Positions 48,975 to 62,237 of a stretch of 64,000 nt of DNA are shown here, piece by piece (position 1 is the first letter of the stretch; every line of letters starts with the position of its first letter). The position numbers and the translations under genes were made by a program. The notes under the pieces are model-generated. The model searched no databases. It was not told the origin of the DNA and was given only the letters and a program-made list of their open reading frames with translations. The DNA is from Felis catus (taxonomy: Eukaryota), in NCBI RefSeq assembly GCF_018350175.1, contig NC_058368.1, forward strand, positions 77,750,001 through 77,814,000, read 5' to 3'.

Positions 48975-50230
48975 TTTTTTAAATTTTTCCATTTTGAAAC
49001 AATTATAGATATGCAGAAGATTATACAGATCCATACAGAGAAACAACCATACCTTTCTCCCAGCTAATCCCAAGGTTAACACATTATACAAGTAGAGTAG
49101 AAACATCAAAACCAAGAAAGTGACATTTCTATGATCCATAGAACTTAAGATTTCACCATTACATATGTACTTATCTGTGTGCGTGTTTGTGCATGTGTGT
49201 GCATGTGTGTGCAGTTCTATGCAAGTTATTACATGTGTAGCGTTGTGTAACCACCACTGCAATCAACATACTCAACACCAAAGCATCACCATACATCTCC
49301 CGTAAGTTACCACTTTGTATCTACATCCACCCATCCCCCAGGCCCCACTCCTGGTGACCATTAACTTACTCTCCATCCCCAAAATTATGTGAATTCAGCA
49401 ATGCTACTACATACGGGGAATCAGGCAGCATGATGATCCGAGACTGGCTTTTATCACTCACATAATGTCCCTGAGGTTCATCCAGACTGTGTGTTACCAA
49501 TACTTTATCCCTTTTATTGCCGAGGTATCTCATACCATGGGTATACAGCAGGGTGTTTAACCGTAAAGGACCTCTGGGTAGTTTCCCGTTTCAGGCTGTT
49601 ATAAATACAGCGACGAACATTCACGTACAAGTTCTTGCATGAAAATAAATCTGCATTATCTGGGATAAGGGCCCCAGAGTGCAATTATTGGGTCCTTTGT
49701 AAGTCCATTTTTAGTTTTGAAAGAAGTATCAAAATACTTTTAGAGTGTCTGTGCCATTTTATGCACCTGTCGGCAAGGTAGGAGCCATCCGGTTTTCCAC
49801 ATCCTGACGGGCGTTTGATGTTGTCACCGCTGACTATCTGGGTCATTCTGAGAAGTGTGTTGGGATCTCTCACTGGAGTCCTGATGGGCGCTCCTCTAGT
49901 GGATAATGGTGTTGAACATCTTCTCATGGGCTTGCTTACCACCTGCGTGCCCTCTTTAGCAAAATGACTGTGAATGTACTTTGCACCTTTTTCATTGTTT
50001 TTTAATGCTGAGTTTTGAGAGTTCTTTATATATTCTTGACACAAAGCTAGCATATTAAGCTCTTTTACCATAAATGGATATGGTATTTTGTCAAATGCCC
50101 TTTCTGTGTAAATTAGTTGATGATTTGATTTTTCTCGTTAGCCCACTGACACAGAGGATTATGCAGATTGGGTTTCGACTGCTGATGAGTCTAGCATACC
50201 TGCAAAAACTCCTGCTTGGTCCATGTTTAC
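48975..50230 (-). mobile_element. L1 3'UTR + ORF2 fragments (L1MC-like)
   Basis: Reverse L1 motifs; ORF 49685-50071 is L1 ORF2 C-terminus-like (HSHFAKEGTQVVSKPMRRCST). Confidence 0.85.
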
Positions 50231-50234
50231 TTCT

Positions 50235-50461
50235 TTTTTTTTTTTTAATTTTTTTTCCACGTTTTTATTTATTTTTGGGACAGAGAGAGACAGAGCATGA
50301 ACGGGGGAGGGGCAGAGAGAGAGGGAGACACAGAATCGGAAACAGGCTCCAGGCTCTGAGCCATCAGCCCAGAGCCTGACGCGGGGCTCGAACTCACGGA
50401 CCGCGAGATCGTGACCTGGCTGAAGTCGGATGCTTAACCGACTGCGCCACCCAGGCGCCCC
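50235..50461 (-). mobile_element. Can-SINE, young feline-type subfamily
   Basis: CpG-intact; perfect TSD GTCCATGTTTACTTCT. Confidence 0.97.
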
Positions 50462-50962
50462 AGTCCATGTTTACTTCTAATGGCAAAGAAAGTCTATCAC
50501 CAGGTGCACAGGACAATAGGACACTGAAAAAAATAGGTATTACCTGATGTATATCACAGAAATACAGAGTAACTTCGATACTACATAATGGAGGCTTGCA
50601 GGAAAAATATCAGAATTTACTTTCTATTTTAATGTATTTTATTTAAAATGAATACAAACGACTATTCTCCTTTGGACTAAGTTTTTGTTGGAATTTCGGA
50701 AAATAATCAGAAGTACCTCAACTGTATGTTGAAAAGAAAAAAAAGATGGAAAATTTTAGAATTCTGAAGTGAGATTTGTATACTTTAGTTCCTATAAATT
50801 GCTATGGCAAAAAAAAAATCCTAAAATTACAGCTGTACTGGATGGGAAAACATTTGACATGAAATACGTTTACAAACATCAATGTGTAAGACAAGAAATG
50901 AACATTGCCTTTTTTTTTAAATCCGAAGGGTTCCAAATCATTGACTTATAAGAATACTATTG

Positions 50963-51202
50963 TGAGAGAAAAGAGAGAGAGAGAGAGAGAAGTGAGGGAC
51001 AAGTGCTTAGCTACAGAGAACACACTGATGGTTCCCAGAGGGGAGGTGGGCAGGGGGATGGGGGAACTGGGAACGGGGATTAAGGAGGGCACTTGTCCCG
51101 ATGAGCACCAGGTGATGTACAGAAGTGTTGAATCACCATATTGCATACCTGGCATTAACATTACACTGTCTGTTAACTAACAGGAATTTAAATAAAAACT
51201 CT
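50963..51202 (+). mobile_element. Carnivore-type L1 3'UTR terminus (heavily 5'-truncated)
   Basis: GGGGATTAAGGAGGGCACTTG..GATGAGCACCAGGTGATGTACAGAAGTGTTGAATCAC..GTTAACTAA..AATAAA; same type as 56531-56941. Confidence 0.88.
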
Positions 51203-51218
51203 AAAAACTAATGAAATA

Positions 51219-51430
51219 GGGGCGCCTGGGTGGCTTAGTTGGTTAAGCGGTGACTTCAGCTCAGGTCATGATCTCACAGTCTGTGAGTTCGAGCCCCACG
51301 TTGGGCTCTGGGCTGGCAGCTCAGAGCCTGGAGCCTGCTTCCGATTCTGTGTCTCCCTCACTCTCTGCCCCTCTCCTGCTTACTCTCTGCTTCTCTGTCT
51401 CAAAAATAATAAAAATTTTAAAAAATTAAA
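51219..51430 (+). mobile_element. Can-SINE inserted in the L1 A-tail
   Basis: Perfect TSD AAAAACTAATGAAATA. Confidence 0.95.
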
Positions 51431-51494
51431 AAAAACTAATGAAATAAAATAGGCAAAAAGATGAAAATAAATACAAAAAAAGTTTTAAGAATCA

Positions 51495-51700
51495 GTAAGT
51501 AACAAAATAAATTAAGTCATGAGGATGAAAAGTACAGCATGGGGAATACAGTCAATAATACTGTAATATTATATTGTGACAGGTGGTAACTAGGCTTATT
51601 GTGGTAAACATCGTTGCAGAATGTATGGAATTGTTCAATCACTATGTTCTATGCCTGAAATTAATAGATATTGCATTAACTACACTTTAATAATAAAAAA
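51495..51700 (+). mobile_element. L1MA9-like extreme 3' end fragment
   Basis: Aligns by eye with 5360-5550 (AAGTCA..GGATG.AAAG.ACAGCAT.GGGAA, GTGACAGGTGGTAA, CTGAAA.TAAT). Confidence 0.8.
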
Positions 51701-51989
51701 CATTAAATCAGAAAATAATTAAATTATTCTTATGCATACAAAAAAAGAATACTGTATTGAAACCTGTCTGGCATGTAACAAAGAATTCTCAATGCTCCTC
51801 AGGTATCTTAACATTCCAGCTGTCAATATAAATAGCATTCCAGATTTACTCTAAGATGATGTACAAAAATTTATAATTCACGAAAATGATCATTCAGAAA
51901 TAATAGAATTGTTATGCCTTGCACAAAGACTTTCCAATGATACTACTAAAATTATATTTTGGGGAAATAATTCTTCAAGATTCTCCCGC

Positions 51990-52420
51990 ATTCTTGCATA
52001 TCTTGTCAAAAGGTACTGACTGCCTTTGGTCTGTTCTACTTTTCCAAGGACCTTTGTACAGAGAACGGCCTTGGGAGACAGAGATCTCTCTCTATCACGG
52101 AACACATATCTCTGTCTCTCGGTCTCAGTTATAATGCCTACAACCCATTATAAAAGATGTAGTTCCTCTAAGCTCAGGGCTCCCCTCCTTTAACGAAACC
52201 CACTAGGTGGGTCTGGGGCACTCTGTGTTGCCCTCTGGGGACCGGGGATCAGCAACAGGTACAAAAAGACGGTAGTCTGAATATTGAGATTGGTGATAAA
52301 CTTCCCTTTGTTCTGACTCAGGATTAGTACAACTTCCACCATGACCACGAGACTATCAGTCTAACTTGGAAGCTAGTTGGGAGGGTAAAGTCTTAGGCCT
52401 TTCCTAGTTCTTGGGTGACA
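51990..52420. mobile_element. Probable ERV LTR remnant
   Basis: LTR-like organisation (CCCATTATAAAAG TATA-like, ATAAACTTCCCTTTGTTCTGACTCAGGA); family not determined. Confidence 0.45.
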
Positions 52421-53129
52421 CATAATTTCATTGGCTCCATCAGCTCTACATTGAGTAAACTCATTAGCAAACAAACTTTTCAGTCGTGAGAGACCAAAGT
52501 CATTTTTGAAGTCCCTAGCCAAAGGTAACTTACAAAACGGCACGTTTACGTCCAGGAACAGAACTTGTCATTCATTTTGATTTCCATGGATCTCTTTTAA
52601 AAAGTAATTTATACCAGTGTATAAAGTGTCAGTCTCCCCAGAGCATGTCAGTGATTTCTCCATCAAACTGAGAGAAAAATCCAAATTGCTACCCACAGCC
52701 TACAGGACCCTTCAGAATCCAATGTCCTGTTACTTCTCCAAAATCATCATGAATCCCGCTCCCCTTTGCGGCCACACAATACGCACTTTCCCTGGAAAGC
52801 CCTCCTCATTTTTCTGCCTGTGCCTCTAGTGTTGTTCTTGACCCAGCAACCACAGCAAGGAACAGCTCACCTGGTGAACCAGAATTGCTTCATGTGATAA
52901 TCAGACCAAACAGGTTTGCCGTCTTCCCAATATGGTTCTGCTCCGAGTTACTCAATTTTTCTTATTTCAGGCCTTTCTGCATAGACGCCTCTTACGCTCT
53001 GACCCAAATGTGACTTTCCTTATAAACTCTTATCTCGCCAGGGTACAGGGAAGGAGAGATAGTTGACTTGCGTGATCAGAACACCCACAGTACTTAGCAC
53101 ATAATTGATGTCTGAGGAAGGAACTTTCC

Positions 53130-53552
53130 GCCCCAAATATACCTCTCCTCTTTTTGTCAATGTCTTTGGCTAAAAAATTGTGGTTCCCAGTCACTCTTGC
53201 ATCCAAGCGTGGAAACTAAGTTCTGGTCTGTGGGGGTGGAAATAGAACTTATAGGTGATGTCCAAGAATGCTGCTCAGACAGCATATGGCCAGTCATTCT
53301 TCCTTCCTGTTGCTTGGAATGTGGGCACGATGGCTTGAGCTTCTGCGTCAATAAGATGACTTCTGCATCGATACTTGTCAGGATGGTAGGCCACAAAGAT
53401 AGAAGACACGTAAATATGTGTCCCTCAGGTCTCTGATATCACAGCTCTAGACCACCTGCCTTTGAGCTCCTACCACACGAGAAACATTTTTCAGTCCTGT
53501 GTTATTTTGGACGTTCCATTTTATGCATCAAGACATGATCCTAAACGATATA
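53130..53552 (+). mobile_element. Old MaLR LTR (MLT1-like)
   Basis: CTTCCTGTTGCTTGGAATGTGGGCACGATGGC and terminal ATCCTAAACGATA. Confidence 0.55.
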
Positions 53553-53589
53553 GTGCTCAGAGATTTGACCAAATAGACTAATGCAGTTG

Positions 53590-53860
53590 GCAAGCAGATT
53601 CCCTTCCACAGCCCCATCACTCCATCTCCTTATCCTGCGCCATATTTCTTTTACCACTTATCACCACCTGACAGGATGTCTTTGACATTTATTGTTCCTC
53701 TGCTTGTTGTGGTCTGTTTCTTCCCTCCTCACCCCAACAAGAATGAGAAACTCTATGAGAATGGACGCTCTTTCTTGAGGACGGGTCTATTCCTGGCAGC
53801 AACAAAACCAAGCACTCAACAAATACTTGCGGCATGTGTGAGTAAATGAATCAGTCATTG
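53590..53860 (+). mobile_element. L2 3'-end remnant
   Basis: GCACTCAACAAATACTTG...GAGTAAATGAAT terminus. Confidence 0.6.
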
Positions 53861-54324
53861 AAATTTTACAATTGATCTAGTCCTATGGACAAATCAAGAA
53901 AAGACTTATTTGACGCTAAAACCATACCTCTGCTTTAGAATCACTTACTGGAGATCATGCTTTGTTTTTTCATGTTAACTGAGGCTCAGATAAAACCAGA
54001 AGAAGCCATGGTAGCAGATGGAAGTCTCACAAGGGAAAAGGCTCTGTGGCCCTATTATTCTACAGGTCTATGGTTGATTCCACAGCCTGAAACTCCCAAA
54101 GGACACACAGATGCTTCAATATGCATAAGAATGAACATCCCTTCTTTAGCAAAGACCTTATCTTTGAATGACAAATGGAAGCCTGCACTCCAAGTAGAAC
54201 AGAGAGCTGGCAAAGAAAGTCAGCACCATCTAGGGTAGGCACAGAAGTTCTTGATAACTTGGAAACAGTACAGTGACCAATAAATGTGCTTACATTGAAG
54301 TATCTTGCACTTATGATTTATATC

Positions 54325-54378
54325 ACTTTATATAATATACTTTTTTATATAATATACTTTTAATATACTTTATATTAT
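54325..54378. repeat. Short tandem repeat, ~3 copies of TAATATACTTT(T)
   Basis: Direct reading. Confidence 0.8.
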
Positions 54379-55120
54379 GTCCTCAACTAATCAAATCCCT
54401 GGATGCACGCCATCAAGTTTGTCTTGAGAATTAGAAAGGAAGGGTTAACCCTTTCTGCTGCTGTAAAAGTAAAGGAAAATTTGAGACCTACATGGACAAG
54501 GCCCACTTTGAAATTCCATTTTCTACTGGCAATAGAAAATTCTGTGGATATGGGATATAAAATTATGTGTGGCAGGAAGGAGTCTTAGGATTTTAACAAA
54601 TCTTGGAGATTAACAAAATTAGTAAGGAGAGTCCAGGGGACAAAAGAACAGCATCCCAGATTCCAGGGGCTCCAAGGCCATCCAGTGGAATGCATTTATT
54701 TTGCATTTGAGAAGACTGAGGAGCAAAGAAATGGAGGGAGTAGCTCCAGGGCAACCAGGTCAGGGCAGAGCTGGGACCAGCAAGCCAGCCAGGGATCCCA
54801 CCTGCCCAGGGCACCATCCTACAAGCTCCACTCTACAATGTGAATTAGTTCAGCGAACACTCTCAGATGCTCTGCCCCGTGCAGGAGAGCATGAGGACCC
54901 TCAGAACGCCAAGGCCGACAGCACAGTGAGAGTCCGGGAGTTCAGCTGATGGCGCTGGGAAATGGCAAGCGAGGTTTGTTTCTCCACAGAAATGACTTGC
55001 ATCTGTCATCCACAGTAGGCCATTTCCTCTCATGAACTTGGTCTATTTCCTCCACCCCCTCTGCACGCCTCCTGGTCCTTTTCCAAGGCCCTTTCTTTTG
55101 GTTAAAGATGGAAGCTTGTT

Positions 55121-55330
55121 GGGGCGCCTGAGTGGCTCAGTCAGGTAAGCATCTGACTCTGGCTCAGGTCACGATCTCACAGTTTGCGAGTTCGAGCCCC
55201 GCGTTGGGCTCTGTGCCGACAGCTCAGAGCCTGGAGCCTGTTTCGGATTCTGTGTCTCCCTCTCTCTCTGCCCCTCCCCTGCTTGTGCTTTCTCTCTCAA
55301 AGATAAATAAACATTAAAAAAAAAAAAACA
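55121..55330 (+). mobile_element. Can-SINE
   Basis: TSD AAAGATGGAAGCTTGT/AAAGATGGACGCCTGT. Confidence 0.95.
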
Positions 55331-55518
55331 AAGATGGACGCCTGTCTGCTGCTTTCTGCCACCTGCCTATGTTTGGGGAGGGTGTGTAAAAATATCAGAT
55401 TTTGTGTTGCAACCAAAGTCACAGCATATTAAGGTGATAATTTATTTTTCTATCAGTAGCACAATACTTGGACTCCGAGTTCCAGTTGGAGAGTACGCAG
55501 GTACATTTAGGAAGGGGG

Positions 55519-55614
55519 GTGTATGTGTGCATGTTTGTGCACGTGTGTACACGTGCATGTGTCGGCGTGGGTATATGTGCGCACGTGTGATTGCATGCGT
55601 ATGTGTGTATATGT
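55519..55614. repeat. Degenerate (TG)n microsatellite
   Basis: Direct reading. Confidence 0.85.
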
Positions 55615-56530
55615 CTGCAGGTTTAATACTTTTAGTGTCTGACTCCTGACCAAGGGTAAGGGCACAAAACAGAGACAAGCTCAGATGTGATGAAGTTCTC
55701 TGTCCTACTAGAAGCAGGAAACTAAAATCCAGTCTACCATCCTCTTCGACTTTCTACGTGATGATGAAAGGGTATCTCTCTGACAGGTCTTATCATTGTA
55801 GATAATGATTCAGCTCTTGTTGGATCAGAATGAAATGCGCTATGAAGTGCCATTTCAGAGAATAACCATCGAATTAGTCATCTGTACATGCTCACTAACA
55901 ACTTTCCTTCCTGAGTCTAAAATTCGTAATAGTGAAACAATAATTATACCAAAGGACAGAAAATTTTTCTTTCTCTATTCTCCCAAGAATTCTTTGTTTG
56001 GACTAAGTTTAAAGCCCCTATGTCTCAGAAACTCTAAAGGGGGAGGGTGGGAACACAAAGATGAAAAAAAATCATGCTCCTACTCAACCACGAGGTCACA
56101 GTCTAGCAGAGGATGCTAATGTAAAAAGATAATTATCACACAATGCGATATGCTATAGTAAGACTACCTGCAAAGTCCTACATATGGGTCACCTATACAT
56201 AGGTTAGAGAAGGGAATGACCCACTGGTTAACTCAGGGAAGATCGTACAGTCCTGGGTGGTGTAAGCCAGGCAAAGAATGGGAGAGACCATTCTAGGAAG
56301 AGAAGACAATCTACACGATGTCAAAGAGGTGTGAAATGGCAAATGATCAGGAGTCCAGAAGGACAGAAGTATAGAAAATAAAAACTTTCTAGTGTCATTT
56401 GGAGATTGACTTAACAATTGCTCCTAATCTGTCAGAATCCTCTGTCAGTGAGTGTTCTCGTGAGGCGGGTAAGCAGTAACCAACCTTACAGACACTAGAG
56501 TTATGTGAACTCTGGACTGTGTCCCTTCTT

Positions 56531-56941
56531 TTGTAAGTTTATCATTTTAATCCCAGTTAGTTAACACACAGTGGCACATTAGTTTCAGGTGTACAACATA
56601 GTGATTCAACATGTCCATACACCACCCAGTGTTTATCACAAGGGCGCTCCTTAATCCTCATCACCTTTTTCACCCATCCCCCACCCACTTTCCCTTCCGG
56701 TAACTATCACTGTGTTCTCTATACTTAAGAGTCTGTTTCTTGGCTTGTCTTTTCCTTTCTCTCCTTTTTTCTCCCCTTTGCTCATTTGTTTGATTCTTAA
56801 ATCCCACGTGTTAGTGAAATCATACAGTGTTTGTCTTTTTCTGACTGTCTTATTTCGCTTAGCATTATACTCCCTAGCTCCATCCAAGTCGTTGCAAATG
56901 GCAAGATTTAATTCTTTTTTTTATGGCTGGATAATATTCCA
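56531..56941 (-). mobile_element. Carnivore-type L1 3'UTR, 5'-truncated
   Basis: Reverse L1 3'UTR; TSD GGACTGTGTCCCTT/GGACTGTATCCCCTT. Confidence 0.9.
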
Positions 56942-56959
56942 GGACTGTATCCCCTTTTA

Positions 56960-57370
56960 TAACTCAGAGGTTAGGCAAAGCTTTCAGAACCAAAAAAAAA
57001 AAAAAATGCTTAGTATTCTATGGCCTAAATAATATAAAAGTTTGTTTCTCTCTCGTGCAGGAGGCTGGGAGTAAGTGAATCTGGCTGGCATGATGGCTTT
57101 GCTTTATGAAAATATTCTAGATTCCAGTTTATTTCCATCTTCCAACTCTGCCCTCATCTTGGACGTTCTCTTCATTCTCATTTGCATTATAGAAGTTGGT
57201 CCACCAGCAAGTCCAAGTTCCATTTGGGAATTGGAAAGAGTGAGGATCAAAGAGCAATTTCAAGAAGATATGAAAATCTCTTTTTCACGTCCCAATGGCT
57301 GGAACTTGGTCACGTGGCCATACCCAGCCACAAGGAATGTCATGTGTGCGCTAGTTGGCCAGCTAATGAT
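56960..57370 (-). mobile_element. Old MaLR LTR (MLT1-like)
   Basis: AAAAGTTTGTTTCTCTCTC, CCCAATGGCTGGAACTTGGTCACGTGGCCATACCCAGC. Confidence 0.55.
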
Positions 57371-58789
57371 CCAGAACAGGAGGGGAAATGAATTTGCGGG
57401 AGCGGGGAGGGGAAGCTAGCAGTACCCCGAGCTAGTAAAGTCACAACACTTCCAAACCAAGTACTCGGTTGTCTAAGTAATCTATGTTCATAACTGCTTT
57501 GCCAAGTCAAGGGATGTACCACATTGCTTGTCAAACAACTTCCTACTTCTGTGACTTAAAGGATTTACTTAAAATCTTCTTGCCTCTATTGTGAAGATTT
57601 CCTTAGTAGGTCATTGGGCAGGTTTGGTTTTTTGGCATATTTTGTCTCCCTCAAATTTTTTGTGGTCTCCCATGTTGTATAAAGCACCATGTTCTTAGAA
57701 CTCTCCCAATCCAACCGCATTAGCTTCTTGAATGTTGCATTATTCCAAATCTCTTCAAGTTCCCCTCCCACCTCTCTGCCTTTTGGGTTCTTCCACTTCC
57801 TTCCAGCCTCGAGCTCAGCTTTTGTCTTTGTCTATTTTGTTAGAAGACGTTCACTTTTTCATCAGTATTTCTCTTTTCATTCCCAAGTATCACCTCTAAT
57901 ACTCTGTCTTTAGATGCATAACCAGAGCCTAAAACCCTTTGAATCTCCATTCATTAAAAAAATATCTCCCACAGATTTCACTGAGACCTAACATTCCATG
58001 GGTCCAAAGTTAAGTTGATGCTATCCTCTCCCTCAGTTCTTGTCTCCCCTTTTTATTCACTGGGTGCCCATTGTGAGTCACTGTAACTTAAAATCTGAGT
58101 CCTTGACTCCCTCCATTTATTTTTATCAACCAACTTGTTCCGCAATCTTTAATTTTTTAAGTAATTCCTAAGTTAGTCAATTTGCGTATTTTCTGGTTGT
58201 TTCTACTCTAGCACAGCACCCTGTTCCCCCATCAAATGCCAGTCTTCTAACTGGTTCTGAAACTGTTTAAATGCTTTGTTTAAACTTACTAATTTCAGAT
58301 GAGTCTCTTCGATTTACTCTTCATTCAACATTCTAATTGAGTAATTTTCCATCCTTTCTTGGGATGCTTTTGTTACCGAATATGTTTTCCTCTTTTAAGC
58401 TATTCGAATTGAACAATTATGCTTCTTGAATTGAAATCTATCTCAAAATTTCTTCTGTGGCCTCTTCCCCAAGAATCACAGCCTAGGTAAACATTCTGAC
58501 ATTTAATTCATACTCATTATATACTGCCTTGATTCTTTTAGAAGACAATCATATGTATTACCTATCAATGAGATTATTATCTCATTGTTAAATACATCAT
58601 ACTTATTTTTGTCTTTCTGTATTTGATAGAACACAGTGAAATGAGTTATCCTTAGTACATAATAATAAATATTTGTTAATTATCTAAGCTTCATCTGAAT
58701 TCCGGGGGATGAAACCATATATACAAATATTCAGCTCTCGACTGTCTGGTAATAGCCACTGATTCTTAGCTGAGTTTCATTTTATTTCT

Positions 58790-59530
58790 TAAACAGGCTC
58801 TGATGTTCGTACACGTTAGAGCCTCAAGCCAAAAACTGGTCTCATCTGGGAGTTTTCCTTTCCTGATCTTTGACATTAATCTTTCAGTAAGTCCTGTTCT
58901 TTCCACTGTGGTCTTTTCTCAACTCTAATCTCTTGGATACAGCCATCTTGATATCTTGTCTGAATGACTACAATAACTCAATCAAGGTTCTGTGCGGAGA
59001 CCCCTCAAATGCATATCCTGTTCCCTTTCTATTTCAATATTCATTTCAAAGTCCAAATTCATTCAGTATTTACTCCTCTTTTCAAATACTGTGCCCCTGT
59101 CAGTCCTCCCTTTGCTCCCTAACACTTGCCTGGTCCTTACCCAAGAGCTTTTGCAGCTGTTTTTCTCCTCACCTGGGATGCTCTGCCTCCATTCTGGGTA
59201 CATAGGGTCCTTTTTTTTTTTTATCACTCATGTCCCCAGCTTCAACGGCACCCCCGGAGAGGTCTACCTTGGCTGATGGCTCAAAAGTAGCACTTTCCCA
59301 CCCCAGGTGTTCTGCATAACACGACCCTCTTTTCATTTCCTTCGCAGTCCTTTTCACTCTCTGAAATTATACGACTGTATGTTTGCTCCATTTTTATGTG
59401 TCTTCTCTTAAAAATATGTTTCATGAAGGAAAGGGTTTTTTTTTCTTGCTTGTTGCTCTATTTCTTAGGCCTGGAAGGGTGCCTCGCACACAGGAGACAA
59501 TCAATATTTGCCTAATAAAACGATGTATTA
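58790..59530 (+). mobile_element. L2 3' remnant
   Basis: Ends GGAAGGGTGCCTCGCACACAGGAGACAATCAATATTTG, similar to the L2 terminus. Confidence 0.6.
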
Positions 59531-61516
59531 AAAAAAATTATTCTTTCTGTGTTTGGAGGAAGAAGCTGAAAAGTTTGTGGGCTCTGTTTAACGCACAGAT
59601 TTTCTCCTCTTTCTGAATCATAACTCAAAGGTTTAACAACAAGGGGAAAGGATGCCAGGTTTTGACCAGCAAGGACTAGCGGCTTGGTGGCGACTCAGGA
59701 GTCAGAGAAAAAGCGGCTGAAGCACAAAAGGAAAGAGAGAGCCGCTGTGACAATAGGAGAAAAACGGCCCTTCACTGTGCCAGACTGAACAGGAGCCAAG
59801 AGAGGCATTAAATGAACCGGAGACCAGAGAAAAATGGTCAAAACACGGTAAACCCAGATAAGAGCTAAGTAAAAGGCTCTGGCAGGGAAAAACCAAGACC
59901 TGGAAATGATTTTGTGAAGAAAAAATAGAGTTATTTCTCCTGTTTTGTGTGCACTGCTTGTTCCTGGAGGCATTTCGATTAGGCTATGGGAAGCCAACCA
60001 CTGATTCAGGACAGCATTTGTCAAAGGCTGGGTAATTGCTGTGTTATTGTTTCTTTTTGGTATTACTTGAATGTGAACATGTGGTACTTTTTCACATAGG
60101 AGAAAAGTAACCCCATTAAAGGCCAAAGAAGGGGAGCAGAATCAACCCAGCAAAGCTCTATAACTTGGACTCTGTAACTCGTTTCTGATTCAGACCTTTT
60201 GAGTTCCCTCCTTCACCCTTGCGTTAGTTATTGTATTCGCCTCAAAAACTCAACGTAGCATCCGCTTATTGTCTACAGCGAAGCAATCACAAGATATCAA
60301 TGGTCTTGATGATTTACTAAAAACTAACACAAAAAGCCTGCGTGGGACCAAAAAAAAACCTGTGCAATGAGAGAGGAAACTGAACCATGAACAGCAAAGC
60401 AAGCAGATCACTGTAGTTCTAGTTAATAAGGTGAAATGCAGTTTTATTCCACTAAGGGTCCGGTGAATAGATACAACCTCGCAAGCAAGTGCTTGAGTCC
60501 GGCTGCCTCCTTCCTATAAGTGATGAGTCTTCCTAGGCCCACACCCTTTCAGACCCTCGGGGTTCTCTCCAGACACACTCCAATTTCTGTGACTCTATTC
60601 TCACCTGTCATCTTATGTCCATAATGGCAACCACTCTTGTTCCTAATGATTCCAGCCCATGGCGATCATTCCCTCATCAGGTAAGTAATGTCCACTTACT
60701 TCTATGACTCATTTGCTGGAGACTTACAGGCTTTCTTCTAGCAATCTGTGTATTTTGGTCTGCACTGTCCACAAAGTCTCCTAGGCCACGGATTGCTCAG
60801 CACATAGCCCTGTGCACGGTATAAATCATCGGCATTATATACAGGTTTTCCAAAGTAATGGGAAAGGTGATTTTGTTGAATGGAGGGTGTCCAAAAAATT
60901 AACACAATGACATGAACGCCAAAGACATAGATATGTTTTTCAGTCATTAAGAGCACACTCCCAATAAGCACTAAGGAAGAAACTGAGAAAACAGCCTGGA
61001 GAACACAGGGATTCTGCTCTGCTGGTGGAAACATACAAATTCTGGAGGGAATGACAGACACGGTCAGAGTGGAGATAGGAGATTACAGAAGCACCGCTTC
61101 AAAAGTTCCCCTGTATCTTCGGAGAAGCAGGAAAGATTTCACTAACAGCTAACAACTGAATCTGTTCTCAAAGACTGAAAACGTTCCACACCAAAAACAG
61201 AAGCCTTGCCAAGCCATTCTGGACCAAGGGAAAATAAAAGAATGTCAAATGTCCAGCACGGTGAAGGGTAAGTTGAATGTGAAGCAGGAAGCATAACCAG
61301 TTATTGGGTCAAAACTTACAGATTGTCTTAACTATGAACTATAAATTGTTTCTTGCATTTTCAGTTAGGGAGAGACTGAAGGAAAATTTGAAGTTCAATA
61401 TGTAAACTATTTTTTTTCAGATAAGCAAATGTAGATTTACCCCCCAAAATGGAAAAGTTCATATTTAAGAACAAAGAATTCTAAGAATACTACTTTAATT
61501 ATGATTTTGCTCCTTT

Positions 61517-61736
61517 ATTTTTTTTAATTTTTTTTAATGTTTATTTATTTTTGAGACAGGGAGAGACAAAGCATGAACGGGGGAGGGTCAGAGAGAGGGA
61601 GACACAGAATCTGAAACAGGCTCCTGGCTCTGAGCTGTCAGCACAGAGTCCGACGCGGGGCTCGAACTCACGGACCGTGACATCATGACCTGAGCCGAAG
61701 TCGGCCGCTTAGCCGACTGAGCCACCCAGGCGCCCC
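61517..61736 (-). mobile_element. Can-SINE
   Basis: Perfect TSD TGATTTTGCTCCTTT. Confidence 0.96.
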
Positions 61737-61869
61737 TGATTTTGCTCCTTTAAATGGAAAAGAAAATTTTATGTATAATCCAGACAGTTCTAAATTTTTC
61801 ATCTGCAATCAATGTACAGCCTGAAATGTGTCTGCCCTTCAGACACTTTCTCACTTTGGTTTTGCTCTT

Positions 61870-62064
61870 TTTTTTTTTTTTAAGATTTATTTATTTTTGA
61901 GAAAGCACAAACAGCAAAGGGGCAAAGAGAGAGGGGGACAGAGGATCTGAAGCAGGCTCTGTGCTGACAGCAGTGAGCCTGAAGTGGGGCTCGAACTCAC
62001 AAACTGTGAGATCATGACCTGAGCCGAAGTCAGACCCCAACCAACCAAGTCACCCAGGCGCCCC
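61870..62064 (-). mobile_element. Can-SINE (different subfamily)
   Basis: Perfect TSD TGGTTTTGCTCTT. Confidence 0.93.
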
Positions 62065-62237
62065 TGGTTTTGCTCTTGAGAAATCCAAACCTGTTCTGAT
62101 TCCTGATACTTTGTATGTCCCTTCTTGCCCTTCTCTGGAAGATTTCAGAATTTTCCTTTCTTCATTAATGATTTGAAATTTTCCAAAAATACATTTAACG
62201 GTGGGACTATTTTCATCTTTTTCCAGGAACATTTCTT

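Noticed and set aside
49885..49903. CTCF-like CCACTAGAGGAGCGC
   Set aside because: Core spacing is off by one base and it lies inside an L1
52075..52118. 11-bp inverted repeat GAGACAGAGAT/ATCTCTGTCTC
   Set aside because: Low-complexity GA/TC arms within an LTR remnant; too short for a pre-miRNA
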